Source: Vicugna vicugna
Taxonomy: Eukaryota
Reading direction: 5' to 3'
Length of the DNA: 64,000 nt
NCBI GenBank assembly: GCA_013265495.1
Contig: MU058824.1
Location: forward strand, 3,809,111-3,873,110
Position numbers and translations under genes: made by a program. Of the stretch, positions 23,521-35,780 are shown one piece after another. A model generated the notes under the pieces. It was not told the DNA's origin, ran no database searches, and saw only the letters and a list, made by a program, of their open reading frames with translations. Within the stretch, counting starts at the first letter, position 1. Every line of letters begins with the position of its first letter.

Positions 23521-24599
23521 AGACAGATTCAGAAGTGCTGGCTTCAGAACCCTCAATGAATTCCTGTGTGATTCCAAGTTGTCCTACAGGGTGAGCTGAG
23601 TGGTTCTGTGGTAGGTGCCGGGGCTCTGAAAGAGGAGCCTTGACAGGCAGTCCAGACAGACGGCAGGGCAGGGCCAGGACAGAGGTGGAGGAGAGGTTGC
23701 CAGGAAACAATCTGACCTGGGCAGATCAGGGTCAGGGAGGAGAGGAGAAGGCACCAAGGCAGTGGACAGTCAGAAGGGGCTTGGGGACTGACTGGGCTTC
23801 AGGGAGGCAGGGTGTCTTTGAAGCCGGAGTGGTTGGGAGGCTGGGGCTGTCACCTGTGGAAATGAGGGAGATGGCAGGAGGTTTGGGTGGCCCCAGGGAG
23901 CTGAATGTGCTCTCTCCCCAGTTTCCCAGCAGTCGCCTTCTGCCATGCTGTTCCTCTGTGCTCTGGCCTGTTCCACCCTGCACGGTGGTTACCTCTTTGG
24001 TTGTCACCTGGACACCCAGGCAGGGCTCACGTCCTTAAAAGGCCTGTGAAGCTGGCAGTGGGTGAAGCTGGTAGGGGTAGGGATGTGGGGTGGCTCAGAC
24101 AGGACTCAGGCCTTTGAGGATGAGTAAAGGTTGAAAATTGGCAGTCTGAGGGCTATGGCCTTTGGACAAGTTTTCTTTGGTCCTCAGTGCATATTTGAAA
24201 AACTGGATTTAAGTCAAAATTCACATAGACAGGATATTCCCAAATGAAGTGGAACCAGAGTTTCAGCTTCTGAAAACTAGTTGGAGCTGAGTAGGAGCTG
24301 CTCTCCGGCCCAGGTGCCTGGCCATCCACGTGGGCATTTGGTGAGGGGGCCGATATGGCAACCGCGTGCCTGCAGGCCGACAGCCCCCATCTCCGGCTGG
24401 AAGCTCCTGTCCTGGAGGCAGGAAAACAAGACTGATGCTTACCCTCCTTTCACTAGGGTTTAAGCCAGGGGCTCCAGGGTGTCTGGTGCTGCAGACGGGA
24501 GTGCTGATGCGAGGTCAGGAACTGCCGTGCCCCTCTCTGCAGCAGCCGGCCCCAGCTTCCATTTCCATCAACACAAGGGTAAAATGATGCATCTGACTT

Positions 24600-24725
24600 A
24601 CAGAATATTGGAGCAGAAAACACACTCAGAGGCCATCTGTTCCTACTACTTGAGTGTTCTGATGGGAAAACCAAGGCCCAGAGAGGTGGTGGGACTTGCC
24701 TTAGGTCACACAGCAAGTCACCATT
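24600..24725 (-). mobile_element. MIR SINE
   Basis: gatgggaaaaccaaggcccagagagg...gacttgccttaggtcacacagcaagt. Confidence 0.75.
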
Positions 24726-25149
24726 GCCCCTACTTGGGGTGTGCAGCTTCCTGGGCATTAAGAGTCCCTGGTGGATACGATCGCCAGTTTTCAAAGGACT
24801 TAGCCTTCCCCAACCAGCTCCGCCACATTCTCTTACAGCTTGGGGTATGTGGGTGGAGACCCCCCTCCTCTGACAGAGCCTCCAGCCCAGGCTGTCAAGG
24901 CAGGCAGACCCTCTCTGGTCACTGAGTCGTCGCCAGCATCCTGCTCCCATCTTGTTCACCATAATTCATGGCTTCTCAGTGACTTGCTTTCTTCTTTCTC
25001 TCGCTCACCCATACAGTCAGGCAGATAGAGGGGGAGTCTGGGTGGTGCCCTGTGGTATTCAGAGTGAAGGGTTTGCACACTGTCAGGGTAATGAATTCTG
25101 TAAGGGTTTGAAGTGAGGGGCTGGGAGGATCTCCATGTCATGTGTCTGG

Positions 25150-25455
25150 GAGTGACAACCCCCAGTGGTTAATTACTGCCACACGATGAGAATGGAGCTG
25201 GTAGCAAAATGAGATAAGTTCATTATGAGCTAAATTTGAAGTTAATTGGATTCAGATTCCCCCCCATTAGTGTACGTAGAGAGAGCCTACCTAGAAATGG
25301 GCTGTATGAAAAAGAAAAAGTTGCATCCAAGCAAAAAACAGATAAATCAAGTCTAGTTACTTTGTGGAGCTCCTGATGAAGGGCTTTCTGGGCTACTGGT
25401 CAGCTGGGAGCCAAAGTTCCTTTCAGATGGCAGAACCAGTGTCATTTGATTAGTT
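25150..25455. promoter_or_regulatory. Candidate conserved non-coding element
   Basis: Repeat-free AT-rich block with gttaattac, gttaattgg, cattatg, ataaatca (PBX-HOX on minus strand), CAGCTG, CAGATG. Confidence 0.35.
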
Positions 25456-25574
25456 TCACCCTTGCAGACACTTTCTGAGCACCTACAGTGTGCTGGGCCC
25501 CAGGGGAGGGAGGGACCTGAGTGGCTCTTGCTGTCAGGGGACCTTCAGTTTAGGGGAAAGAAAAGGACAAGTGC

Positions 25575-26020
25575 CTAGTGTGTTGGGGGAACATGAGGAA
25601 TCTGGTGCCAGAATGCCTGGGGTTGGATATGGCTCCATTTCTTACAAGCTGTGGGACCTTGGGCGGGAACCTAACCTCTTTGTGTTTTAGTTCAAAATCT
25701 GTAACATGGGAATAATAATAGGACCTACCTTTTAGAGTTTTTGAGAATTAAATGAGTCAGTATCTATAAAGCACAGTGAACTGTGTTTGGAACACTGCCT
25801 GGTGTTGGAGCAGTGCCTGGCATATTGAAAGTGCTGCAGAAATGTCAGCCTTCATGATTATAAGCTGTACCTTGGGCACAGCAACTGCTCAGAGCCTCCA
25901 TTTCCTCATCTGTAGAATGGGGATAATAACAGCACCCACTTCTGTTGGTGTTGACTGAGATAAGGCATACAGAGCACCCAGCCCAGGGCCTGGCTCATAG
26001 GAACCTCTAAAGAAGCTGTT
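25575..26020 (+). mobile_element. Two tandem MIR SINEs
   Basis: Two MIR cores: gaccttgggc...atctgtaacatgggaataataataggacctacct and gagcctccatttcctcatctgtagaatggggataataacagc. Confidence 0.85.
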
Positions 26021-26839
26021 GCTCTGTTGGTTGACCAGTCACCAAGGCGGCCCAGACTCAAGACAAGGGGACATAGACCCCAGTCTTCCATGAGAAGGCT
26101 AGCAATGAATTTAGACTTGTGTTAATACTGCCACAGCAAGCACCAGTGTTTTGCTCCCAATAAATACTGTCTTTTTCCAATTATAAAAGGAAGACTGAGG
26201 CTTGGATATATTACTTATAATAATGTATAATGATGAGTAAATGGTGGTACTGGGTTTGAATACAGGCCTGTGTGATTCCCTATCAGTCTCAGAAGTCAAG
26301 ATTTGGCTCTGGAGGCAACAGGGGGCCTGTGGGAAAGTCGAGCAGATGAAGGTGGCTTCATGCCCCCTCAAGCCTGACACCGTCTGCGCTGGCTGGAGCA
26401 CCTCCTCCCTGGGGATGGGTCTGGCCTCCGGAAGCCCCTTCCTCCACCAGTATCAGCTGTGGCTGTGTCAGCCCTGCCCCGTCTCTCCTTCCCTGTTTGT
26501 ATTTTGAGCATTCCAAACTCACCTGCCTCTGATGCCAACAGTCACTTTTGTCCTCTCCTACCACTGTTTCACAAGGCTTTCCAAAATTAGTCATTTGGAA
26601 CCTGAACTTCAACTTCTCTTGAAATTTGAAAGCCTTGGCGACTGTGCGGAGGACGGCAACCTACTGCAAAGGCACGGGGAAGCCAGGGCTCAGCTCCTGG
26701 GCTTCTTTCTCCTGTGCCGGATGAGGCCGCCGGCCCCTCATTCTTCTGCACGGCTGCACAGCACCCCAGGGTGTGCACGCATGACAGCTTGTTCACTGGG
26801 TTCTCTGGGCTTGGGCCTTTAGTTTCTAGTACTTTGTAG

Positions 26840-27320
26840 CTACAGACAGTGCTGCAGAGACTACCTCATGTGTATACATTTGTGTATTGCTGAAGGTGTA
26901 AGTGTATTCAGGGTAAATCCCCACAAGTGGGATTGCTTGTTGGAAAGGTAAATGCGTACCATTTTGTTAGATGTTGCCAAACCCCTCTCCACAGGGGGCT
27001 GTACAATTTTGCATTTAATTTGCATTTCTAGTATTACTAGTGAACTTGAACATCTTTTCAATTTGTCATTTTACATATATATATACTTTTTGGTCAGTTT
27101 ATGTTCATGAATTTTGCCTACTTTTCTATGGGATATTTGGTCTTTTCCCTTCAATTTTTACAACCTCCTGATATATAGGGATAGTAGCCATTTATCTATG
27201 GTCTGTGCTGCAAATAATTTCTTACACTCTGCCACTTATCATCTGACTTTGCTTATATTGTTTTCAGCAGGCAGGAGTTTTTTTGGTCTGTTTTATTAAG
27301 TAATCCAATTTATCAATCCT
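26840..27320 (-). mobile_element. Old L1 ORF2 C-terminal fragment
   Basis: Minus-strand ORF KRCSSSLVILEMQIK matches the L1 ORF2 motif [15 protein letters not shown]. Confidence 0.8.
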
Positions 27321-27454
27321 TTTTTCATTATATATTTTTTCCATAAAGATACATTTATGTATCAGTTTATCAGAAACAATTTAATATTATTTTGTGTCAA
27401 GTGACTTTTTCTCTTTCAAGATGATGGCGATGATAGATGATAATAATAAAAAAT

Positions 27455-28410
27455 AACAGCACTACTGAGATATAATTCACATACCACACAGTTCACCCAC
27501 CTAAGGTGTACAATTCAGTGGTTTTAGTGCACTCACAAAAATCATGCAGCCATCACCACAGTTTTAGAACATTTAGAAACCCCCCCCAAAACCCCAGAGC
27601 CATTGCCAGATACTCCCTTTCCCCCATTCCTCACCCCTAGCCCTAGGCAACCACTAATCTACTTTTTGGCTCTATAGATTTGCCTATTCTGGACATTTAT
27701 ATTAATAGAATCATACAATATGTAGTCTATGTGACTGGCTTCTTTCACTTAGCGTGATGATTTCAAGTTCACCCATGTCGTAGCATGTATCAGTACTTCA
27801 TTTCTTTTTATGGCCAAATATTCCATTGTATGGCTATACCTCGGTTTCTTTACCCATTCATTAGTTGATGGATATTTGAATTGTTTCCACTTTTTGGCTA
27901 TTATGAATAGTGCTGCTTTGAACATTTCTGTACACATTTATGTGGACATATGTTTTCATTTCTCTTGGAGTAAATTACTGGGTCACTCTATGTTTAACCT
28001 TCTGAGGAACTTCTAGACTTTTCTAAGTGGCGGCACCACTTTATGCTCCCACCAGCAATGTATAAGGGTTTCCATTTTTCACATCTTTTCCAATGCTGTA
28101 ATAATCTGTCCTTTTGATTGTAGCCATCCTAGTGGGTGCCAAGTGGTATTTCGTTGTGATTTTGATTTGTGTTTCCCTGATGACTAATGATGTTGAACAC
28201 CTTTTCATGTGTTTATTGGCCATTTTTGTGTATCTTCTTTAGACAAATGTATATTCAGATCCTTTGCCCATTTTTACATTGGGTTGTTTTGTCTTTTTAT
28301 TATTGAGCTGTAAGTGTTCTTTATATATTCTAAATACATTATCAGATATAACATTAGCAGCTCTGTTTCTCCCAGTCTGAGTCATCTTTTCACTTACTTG
28401 ATGGTGTTCT
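27455..28410 (-). mobile_element. L1MB-type LINE-1 3' end (ORF2 C-terminus and 3' UTR)
   Basis: ORF fragments [37 protein letters not shown] and MFKAALFIIAKKWKQ...IHATTWVNL; terminus tgagatataattcacatacc. Confidence 0.92.
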
Positions 28411-28460
28411 TAAGCAGAAAATAATGATAAGAATAAGAAGAGGTGACATTTACGAAGTCT

Positions 28461-28850
28461 TGTATCAACCAGCTATTGCCACGATACTGCTGCCTAGCAA
28501 ACCACCCCAAAGCTTAGGGCTGAAAACAACAATCATTTTTCTCTTGCTCCTGCACCTGGGGTTTGGCTGGGGGTTGGCTGATCTAGGCTGGACTTGGCTC
28601 TGGTTGTAGGTTGGGTCCATCCCTGCTCCACATGTCTCCCTCCTCCCTGTAGCAGGCTAGCCAGGCTTGTTCTCCTGGTGGTGGCAGAAGTGCAGAGGGG
28701 CACACCCAACCGCACAGGCATCTAGTGAGCTTCCACCTGCCGAATATCTGCTAACATCCCATTGGCCAAAGCAAGGCACGTGGCTGAGCCCAAACTGAAG
28801 GGCCAGAGAAGTACACTCTACCTCCAGGAGGATGAACTGCAAAGGGTTCT
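28461..28850 (-). mobile_element. MaLR solo LTR (MLT1H/I-like)
   Basis: tgtatcaaccagctattgcc...aaaccaccccaaa...aaaacaacaatcattt...cccattggccaaagcaag. Confidence 0.8.
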
Positions 28851-28999
28851 TTTTAAATTTTTTATAAAACTGAATTTATGCAGTTTAAAAAACAGAATAA
28901 TACTGTGTTTTCCCTACATTTTTGGTGTCAAATTACCATTTATTTTTCGAGATGAGGTTTATCAGGGTAGAGTTAAGGCTTGGGGCTAGGAATTCCCTC

Positions 29000-29490
29000 T
29001 TCTGCAGTGCTGGCTGTGGGCAGGTGCTGTACCATGCGTTCCACATGCGTCGTCCCCCCGACCCCTCACAACGCCCGCGAGAGAGGCAGCTTACTGTCGC
29101 TGCTGCAGAGCTGGCACAGCGTTGGGTGGAGAGTGCAGACTTGCCAGCCAGACTGACTGGGCATGAAACCTGGCTTTCTCACTTGCTAGCTGTGTGACTG
29201 TCAGCAAGTCACTTAAACTCTGTGTGCCTCAGTTTCCCCCTCAGTAAACAGGGATAACAGTAGCTCTCTAATAGGGTTATTGTGGGGATAAACGAGTATG
29301 TGTGTGCCTGGCTCATAGTTTCCTCTCCATAAGTGTTAGCTATTACTGGCTCCAGATAAGTGGTGGCTATTCTTATCCCCATTTCACAGATGAGGAAACT
29401 GAGGCTCAGATTGACTAAGGAGCTCTCTCATGGCTACGTATCTAATGTGTGGTAGAGCAAGGTTCAAGCCTGGGCAGAGCAGACACACTT
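29000..29490 (-). mobile_element. Antisense MIR split by a sense MIR
   Basis: Tail part at 29000-29100 (cctcacaacgcccgcgagagagg). Core resumes at ~29365 (tatccccatttcacagatgaggaaactgaggctcaga). Confidence 0.75.
29105..29345 (+). mobile_element. MIR SINE nested in a MIR
   Basis: cacttgctagctgtgtgact...aagtcacttaaactctgtgtgcctcagtttcc...tagggttattgtg...aagtgttagctatt. Confidence 0.9.
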
Positions 29491-30619
29491 AATCAGTGCG
29501 TGCCTTCCTTTCCTTGTTGCACTGTGGTCAGCCTCTGTGACTTCCCAGTACAGTCTCATAAAGTCCATTGGGAATTGTATAAACTGTGAGAGTTAAACGG
29601 ACTTCTGTTCCTGAGCAGCCTACCCTGGTGCCTGGCACAGAACAGGGAGGGGTTCAGGGGCTGGAGATGACCGACGCTGTCAGTTTATTTCTTCCTTGCC
29701 CTTCACAGGGGATGACTCAGACTTTGCTTTTGTGGCCAGTCCAAGGAAGGTAAACGCAGCTACAAGCTATAGCCTCTGCTTCTAGGGGCCTTCACTGGGT
29801 GAAATTGGAGCCATGGACAATGCAAAGGAGCTCCCCAGGAGCGGGGAACTCAGAGGCAGGGTCATTCATAGGCTGTATGTGGCCACATGTCAGCTCCTCA
29901 CTGTGTACACGGCCCTCCCAGGGACTGGGGATGGAATGCGTCCCCCGCATGTTGGCCAAGTCCTGAACCTTTGCTGGAGCTGACACAAGGTCCCACTGAG
30001 GGTGGAAGCTCAGAGAACTGCCTGCCGTTGTCGTAAGGAGGACAAGCAGCAGCACGCATTACAGGACTGATTGACTGTGGAGGTTCCAGGGCTGCAGGTG
30101 CACTTGAATTTTAAGGTAGAAAAACCTACCCACAGCTAAATGATCCTGCGTGTATATGCACATACAGACCAGCATGAGCCTGTGGCTCTTGGAGATCCTT
30201 AAGCTCTGAGCTCTCTTTTAAAGTTGGGAAGACTGAGGCTCAGAGTGGGGTGACTTGCCCAGTCCCACGGCAGTTCAATAGCAAAACTGGGGATCAAATC
30301 AGCAAAAGGTCCCTGGGTGGTTTTCTCGCCCTGGCCTTCCTGTGAAGAGTTATGGGCACTTGCTGTGTGCCCCGCACCATGCGGCCCTGCGCTCTGCTAA
30401 TACTGGTGAATTTATTTCCAAATAGGCATTGATGCCCACTTTCTGTTCCGGCCTCTAACAGCCCATCTTTGACCCCTGCTCTCTTTTTCTTGCTTTAATC
30501 TATTCACCCTTCCAGTTGCTAACCTGAATGACAGAACCTCCTAGTTCTCAGCCCTCCTTCTTTGCTTGTTTTCTCTTTTTTCCTTCTGCCCACACACCTG
30601 CTCCCATCCCTGCCAAAGC

Positions 30620-30830
30620 AGCTCAGGCTGGAACCCAGCCACCTGGGTGCAAATGTCAGCTGGCTTCCTACTTGCTGTGTGGCCTCAGGCAAGTTACCTA
30701 CCCTCTTCATCCCTCATTCCCTCTTTATAAAGTGGGCGTGATAATCGCAGGGGTTAGGATGAAAAAATGAGGTAATGAATGTAGGAGTAAGAGTGTCTGA
30801 CACAAAGTACTGTCTTACCACTGCTAATAT
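30620..30830 (+). mobile_element. MIR SINE
   Basis: cacctgggtgcaaatgtcagc...gctgtgtggcctcaggcaagttacc. Confidence 0.75.
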
Positions 30831-30904
30831 CATCACCTCCAGCGTGTCTGTTCCCCCTCGCACAATGCTTCCTTTGCACTGGGATTGGGTAGTGAAGGGG
30901 GACT

Positions 30905-31225
30905 TTCAGTAGAGGCAGATCCCACATAGACTTGAAGGGCCTAAGAAAGGCTTCCCAGAGGAGCGTAGGGTTTTAAGGGTAGAATTTAGAGATTGGCTGG
31001 AATGTTTAATTGTTAGGGATGGCAGAAGGGCAGTTAAAAAAAGAACAGTATGAGAGGAAATTTGGGTCAGGCTTAGGGAATGGCCTGGGGAAGTCAGAGC
31101 TGATAAGCCTCCTACTTCAAGGTCAAGGGTCAAGGGTGGGGGTGTGGCAGATTGAGGAGGGCCTTGGAAGCCAAACCAAAAGCTCTGAACTTAACTGAAC
31201 AGGCAGTGAGGAGTACTGGATCTAG
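30905..31225 (-). mobile_element. LINE-2 fragment
   Basis: aagaaaggcttcccagaggag...gaggagggccttggaagcca...ggcagtgaggag. Confidence 0.6.
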
Positions 31226-31269
31226 AAAGGCGCTGGCTCTAGACTTCCATTGCCTGCTGTCTCCTCAGA

Positions 31270-32500
31270 CTTTTTCATTGACTCTAGTAGATGAGTTGAT
31301 TTTCTTGTGATTCTTTCCAGGTTCAAGATACACCCGGGTAAGGATCATTCAGGGGGCTTCTCCCTCGGGGTTTATCCCTGTTTTGTCTCTATCTTGTCTT
31401 CTTGTACTGGCTAAAACTTTCAGGACAATTTTCAGTAATAAGTTTCTTTGACATGTTCTTGACTTAAATAAGAATGCTTTAAGTATTTCACCAATTAAGT
31501 ATGACATTGACTCTCAGTTTAAGAATGGTATCAGATCAAAGAAGTGTACTTCAGTTTTTATTTACTAAGAGGTGTTGTAAGGAAATAGTATTGAATTTTA
31601 GCCCATGCCTTTTCCACAACTTTGATTTAATCATATGGTTTTCCTCTGATACAGTAATATGATTTCCCGACCAGTGCTTTAATATTGAAGCATCCCTGGG
31701 TAGCCGGAATAAACCTTTCCTGGTCATGGTGTATTCTTCTCTTTCTCTCTCGTTTCATCAGTGAGGTGGTAGATTGTGTGCATGCATATTAATAAATTGT
31801 GAGACTAGCCATTAATTTTCTTTTTTCTGCACCTTTGTTAAATTTTTATATCAGGATTGTGCTAGGTTGGCAAAATGAAGATTTTTTTTCTAGTTTTATA
31901 CATCTTGGATCAGCTTAATAACAGAAGTATGTGTTCCTTGAAGATTTAAAAGAACTTGCCCAAAACTAAAACCAAAAACTTGCCTATGAAGCCAAATGGA
32001 CGAGGCACCTTATTTTTAAAAATAATTTTAAACAACTTTTTCTATTTTTCTAAGGCGAATGGGCTGTTCATATTTTCTACTTCTTGAGTTAATTTTGGTG
32101 ACTCGAGTTTTCCTAGGAAATTGTGCCTTTTGATGAAATTTGCACATTTAGTAGCATAGGGCGTTCCTGCATTTTCTTGTGTGTGTATGTGTGTGTGTGT
32201 GTGTGTTTTTAATATCATCTCTTCCATATCTCTAGTTGTATCTTCTCATTCCTTACTTGATATTTGTGTCTTCTTTTTTGAATCTCACCCTAGGGTTGTC
32301 TGTTATTGGTCTTTTCAAGTAACAACTCGTGGTTGTATTTGTTATTTATTATTGTGTGTACTTATTATTGCATCTGCTTTTCTGGTTCCTAATTCATTAT
32401 TTTCTTCTTTTCTTTATCAATTCCTTCCTCCTCCTGTCCCTAGGTTCATTTTATTGCCTTTTTATCTAGCTTCTTGGGTTGAGTGCTTTGGCGAGACACT
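31270..32500 (-). mobile_element. Old L1 ORF2 (RT region) fragment
   Basis: T-rich antisense L1: tgtactggctaaaactttcaggacaat...tcatggtgtattctt...gcctatgaagcc...ttcttgagttaattttggtg. Confidence 0.75.
32178..32206. repeat. (TG)n microsatellite
   Basis: Direct inspection. Confidence 0.9.
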
Positions 32501-32964
32501 GCATTTCTGCTTTGGGGATCAGAGTTTTAAAGCATATGTAACAGTGACAAAAACTGTTGAGGTTCAGATGTGATCAAAAAAGCAGCCTCTGTTGAAGAAA
32601 GACCAAATCCTAGGAGACAGGAGAGCTGGATTCCAGTCTCAGCCTTGCCTCAAATTAGCTGAGTGCCTGTGGGCAAGTCCCTTCCCTTCCCAGGACCCTC
32701 TTATCCATCCTGGGACTTGGTTCCAGGTCCCCTCCTGCACCAGGCAGCCTCCCATCAGATAGCGTCTCCATCTTTTAGGAGGCCTCCCTCCAACGTAGTC
32801 TTGGCTCCCACCCCAAGACATATATTGCAAAAACTGTGTAGTTGAATTTCTTTCTGCATGGTGGAGCCAGTAAGCCATGGTGACAGTGTGGCCTAAAGGC
32901 AGGGCTCAGCCTGGTGTCCCAGCTGGGAGACATGTGGACAAAAACACAGCTGGTACATGTGTAA

Positions 32965-33110
32965 GGCAGTGGAGTGGAGTGGCTAAGCATGTGGTCTTTA
33001 CCACTGGGTTGCTTGGGTTCAAACCCTGGCCCTTACTGTGCAACCTTGGGCTAATTACTTGACCTTTCTCTGTCTCATTATCCTGTAAAGTGGGAAAGTA
33101 CACTGGGGGT
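32965..33110 (+). mobile_element. MIR SINE
   Basis: gcagtggagtggagtggctaagcatgtgg...gggttcaaaccctggc...accttgggctaattacttgacc. Confidence 0.8.
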
Positions 33111-35599
33111 GTTGGCCAGAGGTGGTCCCGGCCACCTGCTAGTGGAGCTGGAGCTCAAAGTCATCTACCTGTGTCCTGCCTGCACCACTCCACAGGGCCC
33201 AGCCTGGCTCTGTGGTGTCAGGAGCTGTTCCCGCCACTGCTGGACCTCTCCTGGCCTCCCCAGACCTCAGTGTCCACATCCAGAAGAGGTCAAGGTTCTG
33301 CCCTCGCTCCCTCGTCCCAAGGCCACCTCATTTCCCACCCACTTCCCAGGATGGCTGACAGCAGGTGCATTCCTTCTTTCAGGGGCAACTGCCAATTCCA
33401 CCCACAGGGCGGAGTCCTGTCCTCAGGGCCCAAAAATAATCACTGAACAGCCCCATCTCCCAGGGTCTGGACTGTTGGTCTGATGCATGAGCACCTTACG
33501 ACATACCTGTGGCAATGTTTGAAGGACTGTAGCCCCACTCTCTCCCTGAGAGGCAGACAAGCCTCAGTGACACCTCCCTTAGAGTTCTACTTCCTAGTAG
33601 AACTCTTCCACACGGCCTGGAACCCAGACCACTTGGCTGTTCCATTCATTCACGCATTTGTTCAGCTGCTAGGTGCCAAGCCCCATGGTGGAGGCAGGTT
33701 TCCTGGGTGGGTGGTGAACGAGGTATCACCCCTGCCCTTCAGGACCTGGCAGCCTGCAACGAGATGGACACACACCCACTGGAATGTCTGCCTCTGGGGT
33801 CTGAGGGCTTAACCTCCTCGTCCCAGTGCCCAGAACCATGTCTGGTGTCAGGAGGTGCTTCCTTCATTGAATGAATGACAAGCTCTAGGCCCAAAGAGGG
33901 AAAATTCAGTAAGGACCAGATGCAGGTCTAAGGTGGGCAGAGCCCTGCCCACGATGGGGGGCTGTCAGGGAAGAGGTGAGAGGCAGTTGAGCTGGTCTTT
34001 GAAGTCTGGTGGTGTTGGGCTGGTTGTAGAGTGCACAGCAGAAGCAAAGGTGTGGAGATGGAGAAGTCCAGGCCCTACTTGGGGAACAGAGAGCACGGGG
34101 AGCTGGCCAGAGCTCCAGTTTCCCAGGGTTACTGTAGAGCCATCCCTGGTTCCTGCTGAGTAGAGCCTGGGTGGCTGGAGAGGTGGTTGAGTGTGTGTGA
34201 CTGAGTATGTGTGAGTGCCACGCATGTGGGCTGGGGGCACACTGGTGTTAGGCATCCAGACGTGACAAATGTGCAGATGTCTGGGAAGCTGTGGACACAA
34301 GCAGCTGGCAGTGGAGATGCTCACCCTGTGATTTGTTGCTTTGATTCCTCAGGCCGTGACTTGGCGAGCACGACCCTCCCTGGGTACCCTCCACACGTCC
34401 CCCCCGCCGGACAGGGCAGCTACTCAGCGCCGACGCTGACAGGGATGGTGCCTGGTGAGTTTGCACTGTCTGTGTCTCTGCAGCAGACAGCAGACGGGGT
34501 TTCGAGGGGGCATCCCCCCCAAATAGCCCGAGTGACCTCTCCACCTCTGAGAAGTGGACCTGAATAAATCAGGCAGAGGTCTGCACTCTCGGCCTCTTTC
34601 TCTGCAGCTGGGCCTGCAGTGGGGCCGGACCAACCAGCAGCAGTACCTGCAGGGACATCAGAGAGAGGGGGGCCCTTGACTGTCACTAAAACATTCCTCG
34701 CTGGCTGTACAGGGAGCCTGAACAGGACCTGGCAAAAGGTCAGCGAGGGGCTGGGCTGTGCCTAGGTCACCCAGCAAGTAGAAGGCAGAGCCACGACTAG
34801 AAGCTGTGACCCAGCAGGAACCACCCTTAGATCCAGGCAGAAGGAACCCTGCTCGGAAGCCACCTCCCATGCTGCAGGGGCGTGACCCCCTACCCATGGA
34901 CCGGGGAGTCCACAGGGCAAGAGGACATGCCTACACCCCTCCTCTAGCCCACCCAGGGGTCCTGCCCAAATAACCTCAAGCCTCTGCTGGTCTCCCAGCC
35001 CATGTCACAGGTGCGTGCACCCCAGGGCCCAAGGACTGGCTCTTGGTGGATGGTGTGGACAGAGCTTGGACATGAAGTCACGGCACCCACACCTGTGTCC
35101 AAGGCTGGGGTGAGGATGAGCGGAGCCGGGCGTGGGAAGGGAAGCTGGACAGGTCAGAGCTTGGGTGTGCTTTGCCCTCGCAGCCGGGGTCTGGCGCAGG
35201 TGCCAGCGGGTCCCAGAATTCTAAATTTGCTCCTGGCCTTCCAGGTTATTGTGAAGATGTATTTAACAAGGTAGGAGGACAGAGCATATTTCATTTAACG
35301 GTTTGTTAGCTTGATTTATGACTTTTAAATATGAGACATATGGGAAATGGCCTCTGTGTGTACTCTTGCCCAGGGTCTTGCCAACACTGGGAAGGCCTGC
35401 CAGGTTCACGCCCACAAAGCCTTTGCCTTTTCTGCTGCCAGGACGGGCCATGGCAGAGCAGAGGGAGACATCATGCATGGGGCAGGCAGAGGCTGTGGGA
35501 CACATGCCCTCCTGCTCCCCAGAGCACCCCCACCCCTTTCCAGCCCTTAACAAGTTAGGGTGGCCCTAGGAGATGGCGCTTACTTATGCAATACGGGCC

Positions 35600-35780
35600 C
35601 CTCGCATTTACAGAGCACTTAGCAAATGCAGAGTGCTTTCCCAGGAACCCTTCCGTGTGCAGCCTTGTGGAGTGGGCAGGGAAGAGTGTCAGGAGACTGA
35701 GACTCAGAGAAGTTAGGGAGATGTCCAAGGCTGCAGAGCTTGGTGGTGGAAGGACTCGAATCTAGGTCTTCTGCCCTTTA
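35600..35780 (-). mobile_element. MIR SINE
   Basis: gactgagactcagagaagttaggg...ccaaggctgcagagc...ggactcgaatctaggtcttctg. Confidence 0.7.

Noticed and set aside
27749..28223. ORFs with real protein similarity (L1 ORF2 C-terminus)
   Set aside because: Fragments of a dead L1MB element, not genes.
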